Part shown: positions 26,750 through 39,229 of the stretch, piece by piece
How the letters are laid out: the number at the start of each line of letters is the position of its first letter
Numbering within the stretch: the stretch's first letter is position 1
From: Octopus vulgaris
Taxonomy: Eukaryota
DNA: 64,000 nucleotides
Assembly: GCA_951406725.2 (NCBI GenBank)
Contig: OX597822.1
Coordinates: 36,642,001 to 36,706,000, forward strand
Reading direction: 5' to 3'
Translations under genes and position numbers: made by a program
The notes under the pieces: model-generated
What the model saw: only the letters and a program-made list of their open reading frames with translations
Database searches by the model: none
Told to the model about the DNA's origin: nothing

Positions 26750-26940
26750 GTGTGTATACGTTTGTGTGTCTGTGTTTGTCCCCCCAACATCGCTTGACAA
26801 CCAATGCTGGTGTGTTTATGTCCCCGTAACTTATCAGTTCGGCAAAAGAGACCGATAGAATAAGTACTAAGCTTACAGAGAATAAGTCCTGGGGTTGATT
26901 TGCTTGACTAAAGGCGGTGCTCCAGCATGGTCACAGTCAC
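26562..26940 (+). mobile_element. SINE family A (head partly deleted)
   Basis: Homologous to 20200-20610. Confidence 0.8.
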
Positions 26941-27174
26941 AGTAAAGGAGAGGGTATATCTGTCTGTGTTATATCATCATCATAGTTAGATAGTTTTCTA
27001 TGGCTGGATGCTCTTTCTGACACCAACTGTCATTTGTTTCCAAGCAAGATGTTATGATTTGAATATTAGAAATGAATGACAATAACGCTCATTTACAGCT
27101 ATCACTCAAAAGTGTGCACACACAAACAGACACACACACACACACACACACTTGCACACAGATATATGTATGTA

Positions 27175-27590
27175 TCATCATCATTTAATGCCTGTTGTCC
27201 ATGCTGGCATGGACTGAACGGTTTGACTTGGCTGGCACACTGGAGGGCTGCATCAGACTCCTGTCTGCTTGGCATGGTTTTCTACCACTGGATGCCCTTC
27301 CTAATGCCAACCACTCCAAGAGTGTAATGGGTGTTTTTATGTGCCGTTTGTGTGACATCAGGGTGCTTTTGTGTGCCACCAGCATTTGTCATGACTGCGA
27401 TTTTGCTCAGCTTGATATGATGAGTTCCTTTCAGTTTCTGTCTACCAAACCCACTCATGAAGTGTTGGTCAGCCCAGGCTATAGAAGAAGTCTTGTCCAG
27501 GGTGTCATGCAGAGGGACTAAATCCAGAACTATTTAGCTGGGAAGCAAATTTCTTACAATACAGATATATAACCACAACTGCACCTATCA
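27175..27590 (-). mobile_element. RTE tail fragment (27175-27420) abutting a diverged SINE A 5' half (27425-27590)
   Basis: Homology to the respective families in this window. Confidence 0.65.
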
Positions 27591-27944
27591 ACACCTTTGG
27601 CTATAACATGTTTATATAAACATGTTATATATATGTATGTATGTATATATATAAATACATATGTGTGTATTATATATATTAGATAATACATATATGCTTT
27701 ATATATATTATATAATACATTTATATGTGGTAGTCTGTGTGGCTGAGCAATAAGCTCACACAAAAGTTTCAAGTTCAGTCCCTACTAAAGGTGGCATTTA
27801 AATAATTGCTGGAGGATAGCTGGGGGTCACTATCTAGGTGGGTCCAGCTCATTTGGCATGTCACTAATTAGCTGGCCAAAATGCTTGTTTGAAATGAGTT
27901 CTTCCTCTGAAGATTTCTCCTGCTGTGTGCTTATCCCATAGTTA

Positions 27945-28471
27945 TCAGGTCATCCCATAAGTTCTGTCCGATTTTACCTTTTTTAAAATTGAATGAAATT
28001 TAATAGTATTTTAGTATGTCTAATGGAATTAAAAATAATTTTTATGCATTTGTGTATATTTAAACTAATTAAATATTATTTTACAGGATAATAGAATTAA
28101 AATTTCTTGATTAAAACCCTTTCTAACATGGAAGTATCCAAAGAGCAGTTGAGGCACATAATGCTTTATGAGTACAAAAAAGGAAACTTTGCAGCTGAAG
28201 TGACTTGAAACATACACTCAGTTCATGGAAAAGAATGCTTGAATGAAAGAACTTGCAGAAGATGGTTTGCAAAGCTCAGTAGAGGATATTTCAGCCTTGA
28301 AGATGAAGATCGAACAGGACATCAAATTGAGTTTAATGATAAGCTCCTTGAGGCATTACTTGAAGAAAATACTGCATTGTCAGTTGAAGAATTGGCAATA
28401 AAGTTTAGATGAAACCATACAACTGTTTATCATCAACTTCAACAGCTTGGAAAAGTTCCTAAACTTGGAAA
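27945..28471 (+). mobile_element. mariner 5' fragment
   Basis: From ATG at 28128: MEVSKEQLRHIMLYEYKKGNFAAEVT*NIHSVHGKECLNERTCRRWFAK..SLEDEDRTG..LQQLGKVPKLGK, truncated just before the expected WVPHEL motif. Confidence 0.85.
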
Positions 28472-29060
28472 GATGACTCGTCTGAGAAAATAACATTCTT
28501 CCACTGCTCGAGGAACCAATTCTGTAGGTTTTTACTCCACTCTAAACACATTGCAACGTTTGTTTTTGAAAGTAGTGGTTTTCTGATTGCAGCCCTCCTG
28601 TGAAATCCAGCTTAGTGCAGCTCCCGGCAAACAGATTTTGTGGAAACTGGGGCCTTGAGGTGATCATTAAACTCTGCAGTAATTTTGGGAGCTGTACTCT
28701 TGTGATCCTTTCTAACAATTCGCATAAGAGTCCGACAGTCCCTATCTGAAAGTCTTGGCTTTCTTTGGGAGTTTTGTTTTTGACGAGTAGGTTTTTCCCT
28801 CTTTCTCAAAGGCTGTCATTACTTTCAAGACTGTACTTCTTGATACACCAAACATATCGGCTGTTTTCGTTATGCTAGCGCCTGCCATATGAACACCAAC
28901 AATTTGACCTCTTTGAAAGTCTGATAGATCTGTCATTTTAATGAATTTCAATTACCTTTGTCTGATGTTATCTGAAAAGAAACAGCAATTTTAGCAAAAC
29001 AGACTAAGCAACATTAATAATAAATCAAAAACATAAAAGTAAACAAGTTTTTGACAGTTT
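28472..29060 (-). mobile_element. Partial second copy of the DD36E Tc1-type element
   Basis: Highly similar to 25873-26460; ORF MTDLSDFQRGQIVG at 28742-28951. Confidence 0.9.
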
Positions 29061-29091
29061 TAACTAAGAGGCATTAAACGATGATGATGAC

Positions 29092-29720
29092 ATGAGGGTG
29101 GGCTGGAAAGTTTGTAGGCTAACTATGAAGGAGTGACGCTAGAGCTGTGATATTATGCTTGCAGTAATTTCATCCTTTCTTATTTATAACTGCATTGTTT
29201 CTTTCCAGGTAAACTGATGTCTCACTGGTCAACAAAGACTTCATAAGTATCTAGTAGCAATTTCTTAAAAATCAAGAAAATTTACATTGTAGTGTTACCA
29301 AGTACCTGCAGGAAAAGATTTTAGCCCCCAACAACATTCATGCTGACATGGTTGCTACAATAGGGGATGTCACTCTAGCTTTATCAACTGTGGGCAGCTG
29401 ACTTTAGGAGGGAAAGAGAAAGTTGTAGAAATGACCCTAGGTCTAGACATCCTGCAGCTGCCACCACCAAGGAAAACATTGTTCATATTTACCATATGGT
29501 GATGGATGACTGTGATGACAAATATTTCTGCTTGGTGGGTGCCACATCTCCTGACATCTGATCAAAAGCCCATTAGGTTGATTACATCACGAGAGAATCT
29601 GACGTTGTATGAGGCAGATCCAGCTGGTTTCTTTGAACATTTCCTAACCCAGAATGAGTTTTGGATTCATTGCTGAGCCAAGAGACAATCCATGCAGACA
29701 ATACTTGCTCAAGATGGTAC
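29092..29720 (+). mobile_element. Degenerate mariner (irritans-like) 5' fragment
   Basis: Remnants IHADMVATIGD..LSTV..AADFRRERESCRNDPRSRHP and FLTQNEFWIH; TIR-like start ATGAGGGTGGGCTGGAAAGTT. Confidence 0.7.
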
Positions 29721-29775
29721 CACATAGCCATGACTGCATCTATCTATCTATCTATTTTTTTTAGAGTTTGACACC

Positions 29776-29828
<53 letters not shown>

Positions 29829-29896
29829 GCATATTTTCATATATATATACATGCATATTTTCATATATATATATATATATGTATATACATGCATAT

Positions 29897-29940
<44 letters not shown>

Positions 29941-29975
29941 CAAAGTGGAGTTGCAAGGTACCACACGAGTGGAAT

Positions 29976-30115
29976 TATATATGAAAGAAGGTTTGAAAAT
30001 GCAATTTTAAAAGATGTTTATTTACTTTACCGGTTTCACTCTTCAGAAAAAGATTGTCAAAAGTGAAACCGGTAAAGTAAATAAACATCTTTTAAAATTG
30101 CATTTTCAAACCTTC

Positions 30116-30126
<11 letters not shown>
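29976..30126. repeat. Perfect 65-bp inverted repeat with 21-nt spacer in a (TA)n field
   Basis: 29976-30040 is the exact reverse complement of 30062-30126. Confidence 0.95.
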
Positions 30127-30160
<34 letters not shown>

Positions 30161-30209
30161 TACATGCATATTTTTATATATATATATATATATGCATATT
30201 TTTCTATAA

Positions 30210-30241
<32 letters not shown>

Positions 30242-30329
30242 ATGCATATTTTTATATAAATATATATAGTATATACATATATTTGTATATACATTCATGT
30301 GTGTGTGTGTGCATGTGTGACAGTGTGTG

Positions 30330-30900
30330 CATGTGGCAGTGTGGTTAAAATGCTTGCTTTGCATCTGCATGATTTTGAATTCAGTGCCACTGTGCTGTAC
30401 CTTGGGCAAATAAATTCTAGTGTAGCTCTAGGCTGTCCAGTGAATGCGTTGCGAGTGAATCCAGTAGAAGGAAACTATGTGGAAGTCATTTGTCTGTGTG
30501 CATATATCTATATCTATATATGTGTGTGTATTTGTGTGCCCCCCTTCCACTGCTTGACAACCAATATTGGTTTGCTTACGTCCTTGCAATTCAGCGATTT
30601 GGCCAAAGCGACTAATAGAGAAAGTATTAAGCTTTAAAAAATTAGTATTGAGGTGAGATTGATTTGTTTTCCTAAAGCCTTTCAAGCTGGTGTCCCAGAC
30701 TGGCTGCAGTCCACTTACTTTAATGATAAGAGATGTTGCATAAAATGCTTACCTCCATTCTGAGTTCAAATTCTGCCGAGGTTGACTTTGCCTTTCATCC
30801 TTTTGCAGTTGATAAAATAAGAACCAGTCAAGTACTGAGATCAATGTAATCACCCACTCCCCAAAATTGCTAGCCTTGTTTCTAAATTTGAAAACCATTA
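30330..30900 (+). mobile_element. Diverged SINE A-like copy (30330-30720) followed by a partial SINE D-like copy (30740-30900)
   Basis: 'accttgggcaa' block; 'ctgagttcaaattctgccgaggttgactttgcctttcatcc' shared with 48095-48316. Confidence 0.65.
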
Positions 30901-30940
30901 TATATAATTATACTATATGTTGTATATATGTATTTATAAA

Positions 30941-31026
<86 letters not shown>

Positions 31027-31769
31027 TACAAATATACAAACCTGAATGTAAGCCTATATTTTCTAATTTCAGTAAATATTATAAATGATTTCTTTTTAAA
31101 TTTAAAATACCCTTTGGATAAATTTATTGATGACATACATATGTATTTAATTATATGAAAATGATGTAACTTTATAAAAATACTAAATTTTTTTTTTCAA
31201 AAGAATAAATTAAGAAGCCTTATTGTTCTTTTTCTTTCCTTTATTTCCCTTTGATTTTCAAAGCAAAACATATCTGAATATGTCTAATTTCATTTTCAGT
31301 ATTACAATTTCTATCATTTTGTTGTAGCATTTCTTCCAGGAATTTGTTAATTTCCCTTTCATGCATTGAAACAAAACTGAAATAAAGTTTTCTGTACAAC
31401 ATTTTTATTGTTTCTCTGAAATTATTTATAGAGCATAATTGAAATTCTTTAGTTGACAAAATACTTGGTGTTTATGCAATACATATATTTTTTTAATGTT
31501 AGGAATTCTTTTGTATACATTGCAATAAAAAAAAAAAAGAAATGAATATATTTTTGTATTTTTCTTGCTATTGTGTGTGGATAAATAGCATTATGATGAA
31601 TATTACGTTTATGCATTTGTTTTGCAAGATTCCTGAAGTGAAACTGTGTGTTGAAACAGATATTGTTATGTTTCAGGGTGGTCATGTTTTTCTTCCTTTC
31701 TTTCTTTTTTTGTTTTGGCAAAAAAAGACCATCCCAAGATGTAACAATATTAATATGAAGAATCAAAAC

Positions 31770-32243
31770 TTATTGCTTCAATTGCATAGATACATTGAAG
31801 CTCCAACGTCTGGCAACTGACTTGGTAAACCCCCACAAAATTATTAACCATCGTGCCAACAACAACCTTGAGCACCTTTCTGAATTCCATGTGTCTAACA
31901 CATGTAGGCATGCCTACAAAGTCAGAATACAGCACAGCTCCCATGAATTTTTGAAAACATTTTTTTTCACACTCAAAGTTGCTGAAGCATGTTGTTAGTT
32001 GCAGAGACATTGCATCCTTTAAAACCTCCTTGCTTCCCGAAATTCGACAACAATACACCTGATATCCCCACCTCCATATGCATACCCACAAGTATATCAT
32101 GACTCATACACTGTGCACTTCTATGACTTTTGTACATAATTCTATGTACTATACATGCACCTTTGATGAGTTATGCCACTGAGCACTATACACAATAATC
32201 ATCGTCATCGTCATCATCATCATCATCATTATTATCATCATCA

Positions 32244-32275
<32 letters not shown>
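31770..32275 (+). mobile_element. CR1-like LINE 3' end with (CAT)/(TAT) tail
   Basis: LQRLATDLVNPHKIIN..TCRHAYKV..FFTLKVAEA resembles the CR1 ORF2 C-terminus (RGH..KL..FF..RV...WN.LP); homologous to 38250-38700. Confidence 0.75.
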
Positions 32276-32278
<3 letters not shown>

Positions 32279-32574
32279 ATTGGTGAGGAAAAATAGTTGT
32301 TAAAATGAGGATGATTAAGGCCACATTGTTGACTTGATGTATACTTTCTAATCTCTCATTGTGTATCTGTTAGCCTATCAGAGTCAACTCTGCCTTTCAC
32401 ATGTATTAAAATATATAACACTAAAGTAAGAAAATCTTAGATATCTTTTTGAGATAATTGATTTATTATTGGTTTGGTGCATAATTAATGACTGTTTTAT
32501 ATTATTTTGGTGTTTTATTTTTGAATAAATTTAGAAATTAAAAATGGTAATTAATTATGCACTCATCCAAATAT

Positions 32575-32921
32575 GGTAAGAGTAAAGACCCCCTTTAGTC
32601 CAGAATGACCATGGGATTGCATCTAGAAAGTTCCCCTCTGAGCCACAAGTCCAGGCAAGGTTGTTTATGGAAGACCAGCAGTCACCCATGCATACCAGCC
32701 TCCCCTCTCCATGCCACTGATGTTATCCAAGGCAAAAGCAAAGGCTGATACAGTTTGGTACCAGTGATGTCACAACTCATTTCTACAGCTGAGTGAACTG
32801 GAGTAATGTGGAAATAAAATGTCTTGCTCAAGAACACAACACAAGCCCTGTCCAGAAATCAAACTCACTACCTCATGATTATGAGCCTAATACTACTACC
32901 ACTGAGCCATGAGCCTTCACA
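32575..32921 (-). mobile_element. tRNA-derived SINE family E
   Basis: Minus-strand head GTGAAGGCTCATGGCTCAGTGGTAG..GAGTTTGATTTC; 'ctccagttcactcagctg' block shared with 46495 and 62648. Confidence 0.75.
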
Positions 32922-32956
<35 letters not shown>

Positions 32957-33046
32957 TAATCCAAACAAGAAAACACAAAAAACAACGCGAGGACGTGGAA
33001 CAAATATAGTATTATTGGACGCTCAGAAAAGAAGGGAAGAAGGAGG

Positions 33047-33081
33047 GTTTAATGCTTCGAGCGGAGCTCTTCGTCGGAAAC
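33047..33081 (-). ncRNA. Degenerate minimal hammerhead motif in a (TA)n-flanked element (about 32950-33165)
   Basis: GUUU-CCGACGA-A-GAGC(UCC)GCUC-GAAGCAUU-AAAC: same topology as 24044-24081 with a different but still complementary stem I; core carries substitutions. Confidence 0.5.
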
Positions 33082-33212
33082 ATAGGAGAAGGAAAGATCC
33101 AGAGAAGGGAAGACAGAGGAAAAAAATCGCCAACGGTACACACGAGGTCACATTTTGAAAAGCTTTTATATACATATATTTATATATATTTATATATTTA
33201 TATTTATATATA

Positions 33213-33272
<60 letters not shown>

Positions 33273-33307
33273 ATATATATGCACACACAGTCAAAATGCT
33301 TTGTATA

Positions 33308-33528
33308 CAAGAGGGTGCTGTAAAGTTCATGGCTTTGGGTAAAAGAAAATCCAGGGGGATCAGTTATGATTTTATTCAACATATCCCCCTCTCAGATTGA
33401 CACACTTAACACTTATTGCAGCATTCCTTCAGTTTTTTCTAAGCTCTGTAAAAGAACTTGGATGGTTGGGCCTTCAACCATTCCTTTCACGATACCCTTA
33501 AAGCCAGGAGCTTTTCAGCATGCCCTCA
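33308..33528. mobile_element. mariner-derived MITE
   Basis: TIRs GAGGGTGCTGTAAAGTTCATGGCTTT / AAAGCCAGGAGCTTTTCAGCATGCCCTC, TA flanks. Confidence 0.7.
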
Positions 33529-36177
33529 TATTTAGTGCTAATATACAACCAATATATTAGTCTATATTCTATATTTTGATAAACCTCTATGAACAGCTTA
33601 CACTTGAATTGGAATTCTATTGCTATGTAGTGTAAACCTTTTGTAGGATAAATATATTAGGATGGAGTGTTAGAAATTTTGCCTGTTGTATTGTACATAA
33701 GATATGAACTGATATATTTCACTACAGAGATTGAATAATGTCATTAAGTAGGGCCCTTATATCAAGCTCCAATCTTCAGGAAAGTAAACTTTGGTAAAAT
33801 AAGCACCCAATCTAAGATGAGAATTATCTTTCATTCTTCATAAGAAAATCAGTAATGTTTACCAGTTTTAGGAGTTGTTAATGTTTGCACCAGGGTAACA
33901 CACCTTAAACAGTTATATCCTATGATTAAAGTCATTTCAGATGTGACCATCCTGTCAGTTTGTATATCTAAAACTACAGTGTTCAACTAACGTATCCTTC
34001 ACTTTTATTAAGATGGTAGGATGTAAATTGAGGGAGATTTTGCTGCTGTTTTTTGTAGATCAAGAGACACTTAGAGTCTCTAGAGTAAAGTGACATGAAA
34101 CACATAGTTTAATAACAGTGAAAAAACCCCCCAAAAAACTACTGTTACAAGAAAACCTAATAGGATAGTGAACTGAAGTTAAGCTGTGAGTAGAAATAGG
34201 GAACAGCTTTTAGTGTCAGGGTCGAAGTGCAGAAAATATGAATATTTAAGTTACGAAATTATGAAACTTGTATTAAATTAGCATTTTGTAATTAAGTACT
34301 AAAACATTTTTTTTCCTTGCGACTTTTCCGGGACTTCTTTATGGGTTGCTTCAGATTTGAATGCAAGGGAGGGTTTACTCAGTAATTTTTTAGAATCCAA
34401 CAGTTGTTCATAATCAGAAACGAAATAGACTTAGCTAAATGTGTATGTTGAAAGGATAATAGGATACAATATACTGATATCGCGCCCATCTACGTCCTCT
34501 TGTACAACTCGAGCTACGTTGTTCTGTCTTATATATAAGTTAATGTAGTCAGTTCTATATAGCCTGAAAAATGGGATTATGACAGTGAACGAATCCTCGT
34601 TCTACTCCTTCAGAATGGACTTACAACTATTATGTTCACACATGTAAATATACTAAGAAATAGTGAACGCTGGTTATTTGAAGTTGCCTCCCTTGTTAAG
34701 AGTAGCTTCCCTTGAACACAATTTAAATTGATACTTTTTGGGTATATTTTAAAATTTATCCCTTGATTCTGAACTTTGAATCAACTGACATTTTTTTTAG
34801 GAGAAATGTTACTATACTAAATCGATGATAATGTGGACAAATTTAGAAACATTAAATTAGAATTACTTTATAATAAAGATATTAGAAAATCTGACACAGA
34901 ATAATGACGATCGTCCTGTCATTTTTATGGCTATTTAGGACTATATTTTTATAAGATTGTAATTTGAGGAGATTTGGCTGATATTTCTGGCATGTCAAGC
35001 AGATTGACTAACTCTACATGTAGTTCATGTTTAGCACTTGATCAATCCCAATTAAGTAAACATTTCTGGAAGACATTGCCAGCATGAGCATCCTATTCTT
35101 CATGTGGGTTGTGGGGAAGTATCTAGATGTCTCAGATGTCTTTCCCTTGTTTCGAAAGGAAGGTGGCAGTACACAGCGTGTTTAGAGAAGAAGTGGTTGG
35201 AGCAAATAAGTTTCAAGTGAGAGCTGGAAAAAATAATCACAATTCTGCTGGTACAGATAACTAAGATGCAGGCTTTATTTATAATAATTTTGCGAAAAAG
35301 GTTATGATTTATGAAAGTGCACCCATGCCAGTGCCACATAAACAGGAAAAAATTCATTTCGTAAAGCAGTTGGCATTAGAATGGGCATCCAACCGTAGAA
35401 ACTATGCTAAACAGAAAGTTAGAGCCTGGTGCAGCTCTCTGGCTGGCTAGCTCCTGTCATACTATCAAACCCATGCAAGTATAGAAAACAAATGTTAAAT
35501 GATGATAACGAATCAATAAAAAAAAATAAGAAAATGGAAAAACGATATGAACAAGTAAATAAAGAAAAAGAAATATTCCATGATCATAGTTGCTTTTTGA
35601 TTCAGATGTAGACTAGTGAATTGTGCTGCCAACATAACATTGAATTTAGCTCACTTGGTCTAATGTACAATGTAAGTATAATATATACAGAACTATCATA
35701 TACAGGCACATTTTTGTGAAACAGATGGAGAAGTTGGCCAAGTTGCATAGGTCTCTGTCATTGGGGAGCTGTGTCTTCAGCAAACACTTCAGTAAGCAAG
35801 GTATATAGGCTAGCTGTATATCTTATCTATGGCTGCTTTTGGGGATAGAGAAATTCAGTCATTGCAGGATCTTGAGATGCAATCAACAACAGTATATTCA
35901 AATTTCAGGTCACAGGAACCAGCAAAATAACCTTAACCCTAATGAGGTTATAGAGCCTTGCTTCGGTTGAGATTAAATAATATAAATTTGTCCTATTGTA
36001 AAAAAAGAAATACCATAAATACCATAAAATACCAAAAATTTAGGAATTGTGAAGTATCAACATCCGTATCTTTTGTTTCACTGCATTTGTGCATGATACT
36101 AGTGAGTTCCTGGTTTTATCACTGATAGGGATGGCTGATTTGTGGGGATGAATAATGGACAAACAGATTTCTGCAGG

Positions 36178-36859
36178 CAGTGGTGGCTCATGTATAGGCA
36201 CTGTGGAACTGCAGTACCCACTATTTCCACTCAATATTATCAATAACATTCGATATAATGAGTCCTTTTTTTCTTTAATTCTTTCTTTATACTTGTACAT
36301 TATATAATCCTTAAGATTAATGTCAGTAGTCATCCCCTAGTTTATGAAAAAAATGCAAAACTCCTTGTATAGAACTGTGCACTTCACAGTTCCAGTGATG
36401 CAGTGTTTAGATGTTGTGTGCATGCTCACATGCCTGAGACAGGAAGTTGCACACTAGGGAGAGAAGGCACTGTGGTTCACACAGTGCCAACCCTGGTGTG
36501 CTGGTGAAAGGTAGTGTTTCCTTTTGACTCTCCATGTGTTGTGCTTAAAAACGTGTTTATATTCTTGGATGTGATAAAGTGTAGAATTAGCTACAGTGTT
36601 GCTGCCAGAATTTGAAAAATAGGGCAGATTTTCCCCACTTATTTTGTGATTTAGGGGTGATTTTTGAAAAACAAGAGGGAATTTTTGGTAATGTTCAGTG
36701 AACAAATTAAACACAATACTTGGCAGTGGCTAAATCTTAGCTTATGTCTAAATTTTCTTTTTATATGTTTCTTTTCTTTTACACAATATTAAAACAATGG
36801 CTAAAATTTTCTGAAACAGCACCCCTCCCTCCACTAATTTTATCTACAAGCCACCACTG
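36178..36859. mobile_element. Non-autonomous hAT element
   Basis: TIR CAGTGGTGGCT / AGCCACCACTG; 8-bp TSD TCTGCAGG (36170-36177) / TCTACAGG (36860-36867). Confidence 0.8.
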
Positions 36860-37345
36860 TCTACAGGTAACTTAGAATGATATCTATACAATGATATAAA
36901 AACTTTGTATTAAAACAGTTAAATGGTACTGCTTGAGAGTGGGGTTTAAGCAACCATTAACATCCTCATTTAATTATTATCCATCTCTCATTCATTCATT
37001 TGTCTTTTTTTTTTTGGTCCCCACTGTGGTGTTCTGTCTGTCCTTGTGCCATCCCTCTCTGTATCATTGCCTATGTGCCAAATAAAGAAACACAGTCAGC
37101 AAGGTATGCTGTCAAGGCTAGTCCTGCAGAGATGCCAAAATTCATCATTATAATGTGGAACATTAAAGTTTCAATCAAAGGCTAAAGTCATTGTTAGAAG
37201 CATTTATAAAAAGAAGTATTTAATGAATAGAAACAAAAAAATATAATTATAATAAATAAATTTATTAAATTGGTACATCATGACATCTATGGATGTAGGG
37301 TGCTCACAGTAACTCTCTAAATAAGTCTCTGATATGTTAGCATTA

Positions 37346-37842
37346 CTATTTGAAGTAAATTGGTTTTTTAAGCCACCAGTTTTGGTAATATATATTTTTG
37401 TACGGTGTGTGGTGTTTGTAGCACCTGTGACATAAACTATGGCTTCCAGCCAGTCTACAAGTGTGGTGAACATAGGCTGTTATCTGGGAATTTGAATAGT
37501 GTGAAGAGGTTGAACAAATCTTGCTCTCCAAATTAGGAGAAAACATGTGTAATTTCTCTAAATCATTTTGAAGCTTTAGAACTTCTTCTTCATGTTGTTT
37601 TAAAGTGTGTTGCTTACTTTTTTCTAACATGCGGTTTTGAATCTGCATCTGCCCAGCCAGTCCAGCATTACTAATGCGTGTCTTTTCAGCTATTTTAGCA
37701 TCAAGTTGAGTGTATACACCTGGATATATGGATGTAGCAAATGAAGAAGGAATGGTTTTGTCAGCTTTGTTGATAAAATTGCTGCTGTTGATGCTTGTGT
37801 CCTTGCTGTTGCACAAAGTAGGCTTACTCCTCCGAAAAGAAG
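37346..37842 (-). CDS. Last coding exon of an uncharacterised 171-aa protein (coiled-coil segment plus Cys/His-rich C-terminus)
   Basis: 497-nt stop-free non-repetitive frame ending in TAG at 37346-37348. Acceptor 'ttctaactctcctctttaatctatgcag' at 37843 upward. Phase 1 joins the upstream exon to give METHKTASFRRSKPTLCNSKD..QNRMLEKSKQHTLKQHEEEVLKLQNDLEKL..HHTCRLAGSHSLCHRCYKHH..PIYFK*. Confidence 0.8.
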
Positions 37843-38059
37843 CTGCATAGATTAAAGAGGAGAGTTAGAACATTAATATTAATAGGATTGAAACTCATTA
37901 AGCATTGTCAGTGGAGTTGAATATAAAGGTTTGAGCTCATGAACAATATCTAGTAATGCAACCTGGGCATTACTGTCAGCAGTGATTTGTGCTGAACAAA
38001 GCACATCTATAAAATTGTCAAAAAGGCTGAGGGTATCTTGGTATCACTCAGCAAGACCA

Positions 38060-38720
38060 TTGTAAGTTACTCTCCAACTATTTAAGGCTGTATATAGCTA
38101 TGGTGCAGCCACACTTGGAATTTGCACCACCAGTCTGGAACCCCTATCTAGCTCAGAACATTGACCTCCTGGAAACAGTTCAGAGATGTGCAACCAAGTG
38201 AATACCCACCATCAGGCATTTGCCATATTCTGAACGCCTTGCTTCCCTGGGCATGGATACATTGAAACTTTGACATCTGGCAACTAACTTGGTAAACACC
38301 CACAAAATTATTAACTATCGTGCCAACAACAATCTTGAGCACCTTTCTGAATTCTATGTGTCTAAAACATGTGGGCATACTTACAAAGTCAGAAAACAGC
38401 ACAGCTTCCATGACTTTTGGAAACATTTTTTTCACACTCAGAGTTACTGAAGCATGGAACAAACTACTTGCATCTGTTGTTGGCTGCCGAGACATTGCAT
38501 CCTTTAAAACCACCATGTTTCCTGAAATTCGCCAACACTACACCTGATATCCTACCCCCACCACCACTCCATTTGCATGCACGCATGTATATTATGACTC
38601 ATACACTGTTCACTTCCCTGACATTTGTACATAATTCTAAGAACCATATATACATATTTGATAAGTTGTACACCCAAGCACTGTACACAACAATTTCATT
38701 ATTATTGTATTATTATTATT
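38060..38720 (+). mobile_element. CR1-like LINE 3' end (intronic, antisense to host)
   Basis: HLEFAPPVWNPY and FFTLRVTEAWNKLLASVVGC remnants; (TAT)n tail. Confidence 0.8.
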
Positions 38721-38721
38721 C

Positions 38722-39189
38722 AGTAGTTTTATTTTTATTTTTATAGCGTGCTTTCACTTCACTACCGAGCACAGCTCTGTGTGCCTTGGGTATGTGCTGT
38801 GATTTGTTGTGATGCTCTGATGGTTATTGTATGGAAAGTGTTCTGCGTAGGATGTGTGCAGTGCCCAGTAGTGCAATTTTCTGTATGTTATATGTGTTTG
38901 TAAGTCCTGGTGTTTTTGTTATGTATTTGTCTGAATATTTTTTTATCATGCCTAATGCACCTACTATGATAGGAATTGTTTCTGTTTTCAGATTCCACAT
39001 TCTAGTTACCTCTATTTCCAGGTCTTTGTATTTTGAGAGTTTCTCCATTTCTTTTAGAGACACGTTGTCATCTGCCGGTACTGATACATCAATTAGAAAG
39101 CATTTTTTTCTTCATGGTCTCTGACAACTATATCTGGTCTGTTGGCCTTAATTTCTCTATCTGTGTGTATCGGCATATCCCAGAGTATG

Positions 39190-39190
<1 letters not shown>
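38722..39190 (-). mobile_element. R4/Dong-like non-LTR retrotransposon 3' fragment (restriction-like endonuclease)
   Basis: RPDIVVRD..CFLIDVSVPADDNVSLKEMEKLSKYKDLEIEVTRMWNLKTETIPIIVGALG..QKIALLGTAHILRRTL (PD..D..K RLE motif); bounded by (TAA)n on both sides, the known Dong target. Confidence 0.85.
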
Positions 39191-39228
<38 letters not shown>

Positions 39229-39229
39229 G

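Noticed and set aside
34500-34650. TATA plus initiator promoter with a short ORF (MDLQLLCSHM)
   Set aside because: Spacing is atypical, TATA-like words are ubiquitous here, and no downstream exons were found.
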